From an uncultured bacterium (GTDB lineage Bacteria; Actinomycetota; Coriobacteriia; Coriobacteriales; Coriobacteriaceae), in NCBI GenBank assembly GCA_905214285.1, contig CAJMLI010000002.1, positions 101,015 through 165,014 on the forward strand: a DNA stretch of 64,000 bases, given 5' to 3'. Numbering within the stretch: the stretch's first letter is position 1; each line of letters begins with the position of its first letter. A program made the translations under genes and the position numbers. A model generated the notes under the pieces. It did no database searches. It had not been told where the DNA came from and saw nothing but the letters and a program-made list of their open reading frames with translations. Below are positions 61,132-64,000 of this stretch, in pieces.

Positions 61132-61722
61132 ATGTTCAAAGGTATCGCATCGCGCGCACTTGGCGTGTTCGCGCTGTTTACCATCGTCTGCGGCCTGGGA
61201 TACACGCTCGTGGTGACCGGCGTCGTGCAGCTTGCGTTTCCGTACCAGGCGAACGGATCGCTTATTACGGTCGACGGCAAGGTTGTGGGTTCCGAGCTCA
61301 TCGGCCAGAACTTCGATGACGAAGCCCACATGTGGGGTCGTATCCAGAACGTGTCAATTGTCGAAGGCGAAGACGGCGAGCTCATGGCGTATGGTGCCCC
61401 GTCCAACCTGTCCCCGGCGAGTGAGAAGTATCGGCAGCTTGTGGATGCGCGCGTGAAGAAGATTCGCGCCGCCAACTCCGATGCCGATATGGACGCTGTG
61501 CCCGTCGACCTGGTGACGTGTTCGGGGTCCGGCCTCGACCCGGAGATCTCTCCGGATGCCGCCGAGTACCAGGTCCCGCGCCTTGCCAAGGCCACGGGCA
61601 AGAGCGAAGACGAGGTGCGCGAGATCATCGCCCAGTGCACCAAGGGCCGTTTCCTCGGCGTGTTCGGCGAGCCCACGGTTAACGTGCTCAAGGTGAACCT
61701 TATGCTGGACGGCGCGCTGTAA
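61132..61722 (+). CDS. kdpC: Potassium-transporting ATPase subunit KdpC
   Basis: Single N-terminal TM, then a KdpC periplasmic domain (GSGLDPEISPDAA). 196 aa. Confidence 0.85.
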   Translation: MFKGIASRALGVFALFTIVCGLGYTLVVTGVVQLAFPYQANGSLITVDGKVVGSELIGQNFDDEAHMWGRIQNVSIVEGEDGELMAYGAPSNLSPASEKYRQLVDARVKKIRAANSDADMDAVPVDLVTCSGSGLDPEISPDAAEYQVPRLAKATGKSEDEVREIIAQCTKGRFLGVFGEPTVNVLKVNLMLDGAL

Positions 61723-61736
61723 GTGAGGGAGTGGCG

Positions 61737-61870
61737 GATGAGGGCATGACTGACTATCTGAGCCCTCAATTCCACCCCGCCCATCGGTTGCGGTGAAATA
61801 CGGACTGTTTTGGCTGTCAAAAGTCTCATCTACTCCGTATTCCACCGCAACTTTTTTGTGAGGGTCGGGA
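61737..61870 (+). repeat. About 130-bp repeat family, copy B (terminator-like, directly after kdpC)
   Basis: See 53317-53450. Confidence 0.75.
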
Positions 61871-61970
61871 TTGAAGGTGGGGAGTGCGAGCGAGTGCGAA
61901 TGCGGCGGATACTGATACGATAAGTACGTTAGTAACTGCCGCCGAGCGGCTCAAACGAAAGGAAGCCTGC

Positions 61971-63920
61971 ATGGAGTCTTCTGCCTATCCAATGCTCTTT
62001 AGCCCGATCAAGGTCGGTACGACCGAGGTCAAGAACCGCGTCTTTATGCCGCCAGTGTCAACCAACCTGGCCGATCATGGCTATGTGACCGACGACTTGG
62101 TCGATCATTACCGCGCCCGCGCCAAGGGCGGCGTGGGCCTCATCATCACCGAGGTCGTGACGGTCGAGCCCACCTATACCTATCTGCCGGGTGACATGTG
62201 CTGCTACGACGACACGTTTATCCCCGGCTGGGAAAAGCTCGCCGCGGCCGTCCACGAGTACGGCTGCAAGATCATGCCGCAGCTCTTCCACCCCGCCTAC
62301 ATGGCCTTTAACATTCCAGGCACGCCGCGCCTGATCGCCCCGTCCTTTGTGGGCCCGTCCTATGCCCGCGAGGCACCGCGTCCCATCACGGTTGACGAGA
62401 TCCACGAGCTCACGCATCAGTTCGGCGACGCTGCCGTGCGTATGCAGAAGGCCGGCGTCGATGGCGTCGAGGTCCATGCGGCGCACGCCCACGGTATGCT
62501 CGGCGGCTTTTTGACTCCGCTCTACAACAAGCGTACCGACGAGTACGGCGGCTCGCTCGACGCCCGCATGCGCTTCCTGCTCGAGGTCATCGCCGAGATT
62601 CGCGAGCGCTGCGGCAAGGACTTCATTATCGACGTCCGTATCTCGGGCGACGAGTACACCGATGGCGGCCTGACCCTCAACGACATGATCTACGTCTCGC
62701 GTCGCCTGGAGAAGGCCGGCGTCGACATGATTCATGTGTCGGGCGGCACCACCATCAAGCGTGGCTCCGCAATTCCCGCCGCCGGTACGCAGCAGGCCTC
62801 GCATGCCGCCTGCTCGCGCGAGATTAAGAAGCACGTCAACATTCCCGTTGCCACGGTCGGCCGCATCAACGAGGCCTGGATCGCCGAGGAGCTGATCGAG
62901 GACGGCGCCGCCGACATCTGCATGATGGGCCGCGCCAATCTGTGCGATGCCGAGTTCTGCAATAAGGCGGCTGCCGGCAACGCCGACGAGATCCGTCCCT
63001 GCATCGGCTGCCTGCGCTGCCTGAACGGCATCATGTTTGGCAAGCGCATCTCCTGCACCGTCAACCCGGACGTCGAGCGCGACGAGGCCGGCTACGAGCC
63101 TGCCGCCGAGGCCAAGAACGTGCTCGTCGTGGGCGCCGGTCCCGCTGGCATGGAGGCGGCCTACATTGCCGCCAAGCGCGGCCATAACGTGGTGCTCGTG
63201 GATAAGCAGGACGAACCGGGCGGCGAGATGCGCATCGCGGCCGTTCCGCCGGCAAAGCAGGAGCTCACTCGTGTGATCAAGTACCAGTACCGTCGCCTGG
63301 CCGAGGCCGGCGTCACGTGCGTATTTGGCACTGAGCTTACTGCCGAGGACATTCAGCGTGACTACGCCGGCTACGAGGTCGTCCTAGCTTATGGCGCCGA
63401 GCCCATCGCTCCGGCCTTCATGCAGGGCTTTAAGCAGGTTATGACGGCTGACGACCTGTTGGGCGGCAAGGCTTTTCCGGGCAAGAAGATCGTCATCGTG
63501 GGCGGCGGCACCGTCGGCTGCGAGACGGCCGATTACCTGGCCCCGTTGGTCAACGACCTGTCGCCGGCCAATCGCGATGTCACCGTCATCGAGATGACCA
63601 AGACGCTCGCCGCCAACGAGGGCGGTGCCGGCCGCGCGGTGCTCATCACGCGCATGCTCTCCAAGGGTGTCCACGTGCTGACTGAGGCCAAGGTGACCGA
63701 GATTACCGAGGATGCTATCAGCTACGAGAAGGACGGCGAGGTCCACACCATCACCGGTGCCGATACGCTGGTGCTTGCCATGGGCTATCGTCCCAATACC
63801 AAGCTGGCAGACGACCTGGCTGCAGCCGGTGTTGCCACCCACGTGCTGGGCGATGCCAACAAGTGCGGTAACATTCGCGACGCCATCGGCGATGGCTACA
63901 AGGTTGCCTGTGAGCTCTAG
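61971..63920 (+). CDS. Old-yellow-enzyme-like FMN oxidoreductase fused to an FAD/NAD(P)-binding domain (2,4-dienoyl-CoA reductase / enoate reductase family)
   Basis: OYE TIM-barrel N-terminus (MLFSPIKVGTTEVKNRVFMPP, HAAHAHGMLGGFLTP), 4Fe-4S Cys cluster (CIGCLRC), Rossmann VVGAGPAGMEAAY. ATG 61971 with AAAGGAAG RBS; the ORF opens at 61884. Confidence 0.8.
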   Translation: MESSAYPMLFSPIKVGTTEVKNRVFMPPVSTNLADHGYVTDDLVDHYRARAKGGVGLIITEVVTVEPTYTYLPGDMCCYDDTFIPGWEKLAAAVHEYGCKIMPQLFHPAYMAFNIPGTPRLIAPSFVGPSYAREAPRPITVDEIHELTHQFGDAAVRMQKAGVDGVEVHAAHAHGMLGGFLTPLYNKRTDEYGGSLDARMRFLLEVIAEIRERCGKDFIIDVRISGDEYTDGGLTLNDMIYVSRRLEKAGVDMIHVSGGTTIKRGSAIPAAGTQQASHAACSREIKKHVNIPVATVGRINEAWIAEELIEDGAADICMMGRANLCDAEFCNKAAAGNADEIRPCIGCLRCLNGIMFGKRISCTVNPDVERDEAGYEPAAEAKNVLVVGAGPAGMEAAYIAAKRGHNVVLVDKQDEPGGEMRIAAVPPAKQELTRVIKYQYRRLAEAGVTCVFGTELTAEDIQRDYAGYEVVLAYGAEPIAPAFMQGFKQVMTADDLLGGKAFPGKKIVIVGGGTVGCETADYLAPLVNDLSPANRDVTVIEMTKTLAANEGGAGRAVLITRMLSKGVHVLTEAKVTEITEDAISYEKDGEVHTITGADTLVLAMGYRPNTKLADDLAAAGVATHVLGDANKCGNIRDAIGDGYKVACEL

Positions 63921-64000
63921 TTAACCCTTTGTTGCGTGGGGGCCAGGTTACTTTGCGCTAAGTTGATGCATGTAAACCTGACCCCATTGCACCATTTGAT

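Overview
This is a high-GC (about 62%) chromosomal window, probably from a Gram-positive actinobacterium; a Coriobacteriia-like organism is a low-confidence guess. Large ORFs antisense to real genes are common and were rejected as GC artefacts. Most of the window is housekeeping. In order it carries: rsmA (3' part), tatD, tRNA-Leu, an SPFH protein, rlmH, proC, serS, a 125-aa hypothetical, tRNA-Arg, an 813-aa hypothetical, tRNA-Ser with tRNA-derived repeats, a serine-type D-Ala-D-Ala carboxypeptidase divergent from a VanR/VanS-like two-component system, a lone pstB, a PhoP/PhoR-like two-component system, a CpsC/CpsD/CpsB tyrosine-kinase module, a GNAT acetyltransferase, htpG, two tandem YhgE/Pip membrane proteins, a DMT transporter, an M20 amidohydrolase, an MFS pseudogene fragment, hisS, ppc, a lactate-racemase (lar) gene set, serB, aspS, lacI, lacZ (GH2), an ebgC-like YhcH-family gene, an APC permease, an HPr-like protein, feoA-feoA-feoB-feoC, divergent kdpED, kdpFABC, and an OYE-type flavin oxidoreductase. 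The most interesting feature is the roughly 9 kb block between hisS and aspS. It holds ppc and a split lar locus: larA plus an aquaporin-type (larD-like) channel bracketed by two related 110-120 bp palindromic repeat elements, then a TetR regulator, a LarC that appears to lack its C-terminal domain, and larB, with no larE in the window. Other items worth a second look are three tRNA loci with att-site-like 3'-end duplications, a structured tRNA-Ser-derived RNA segment, a 237-bp MITE-like element with 44-bp terminal inverted repeats, a triple palindromic operator array upstream of lacZ, and several small repeat families (about 130 bp, about 40 bp, about 110 bp) in intergenic regions.
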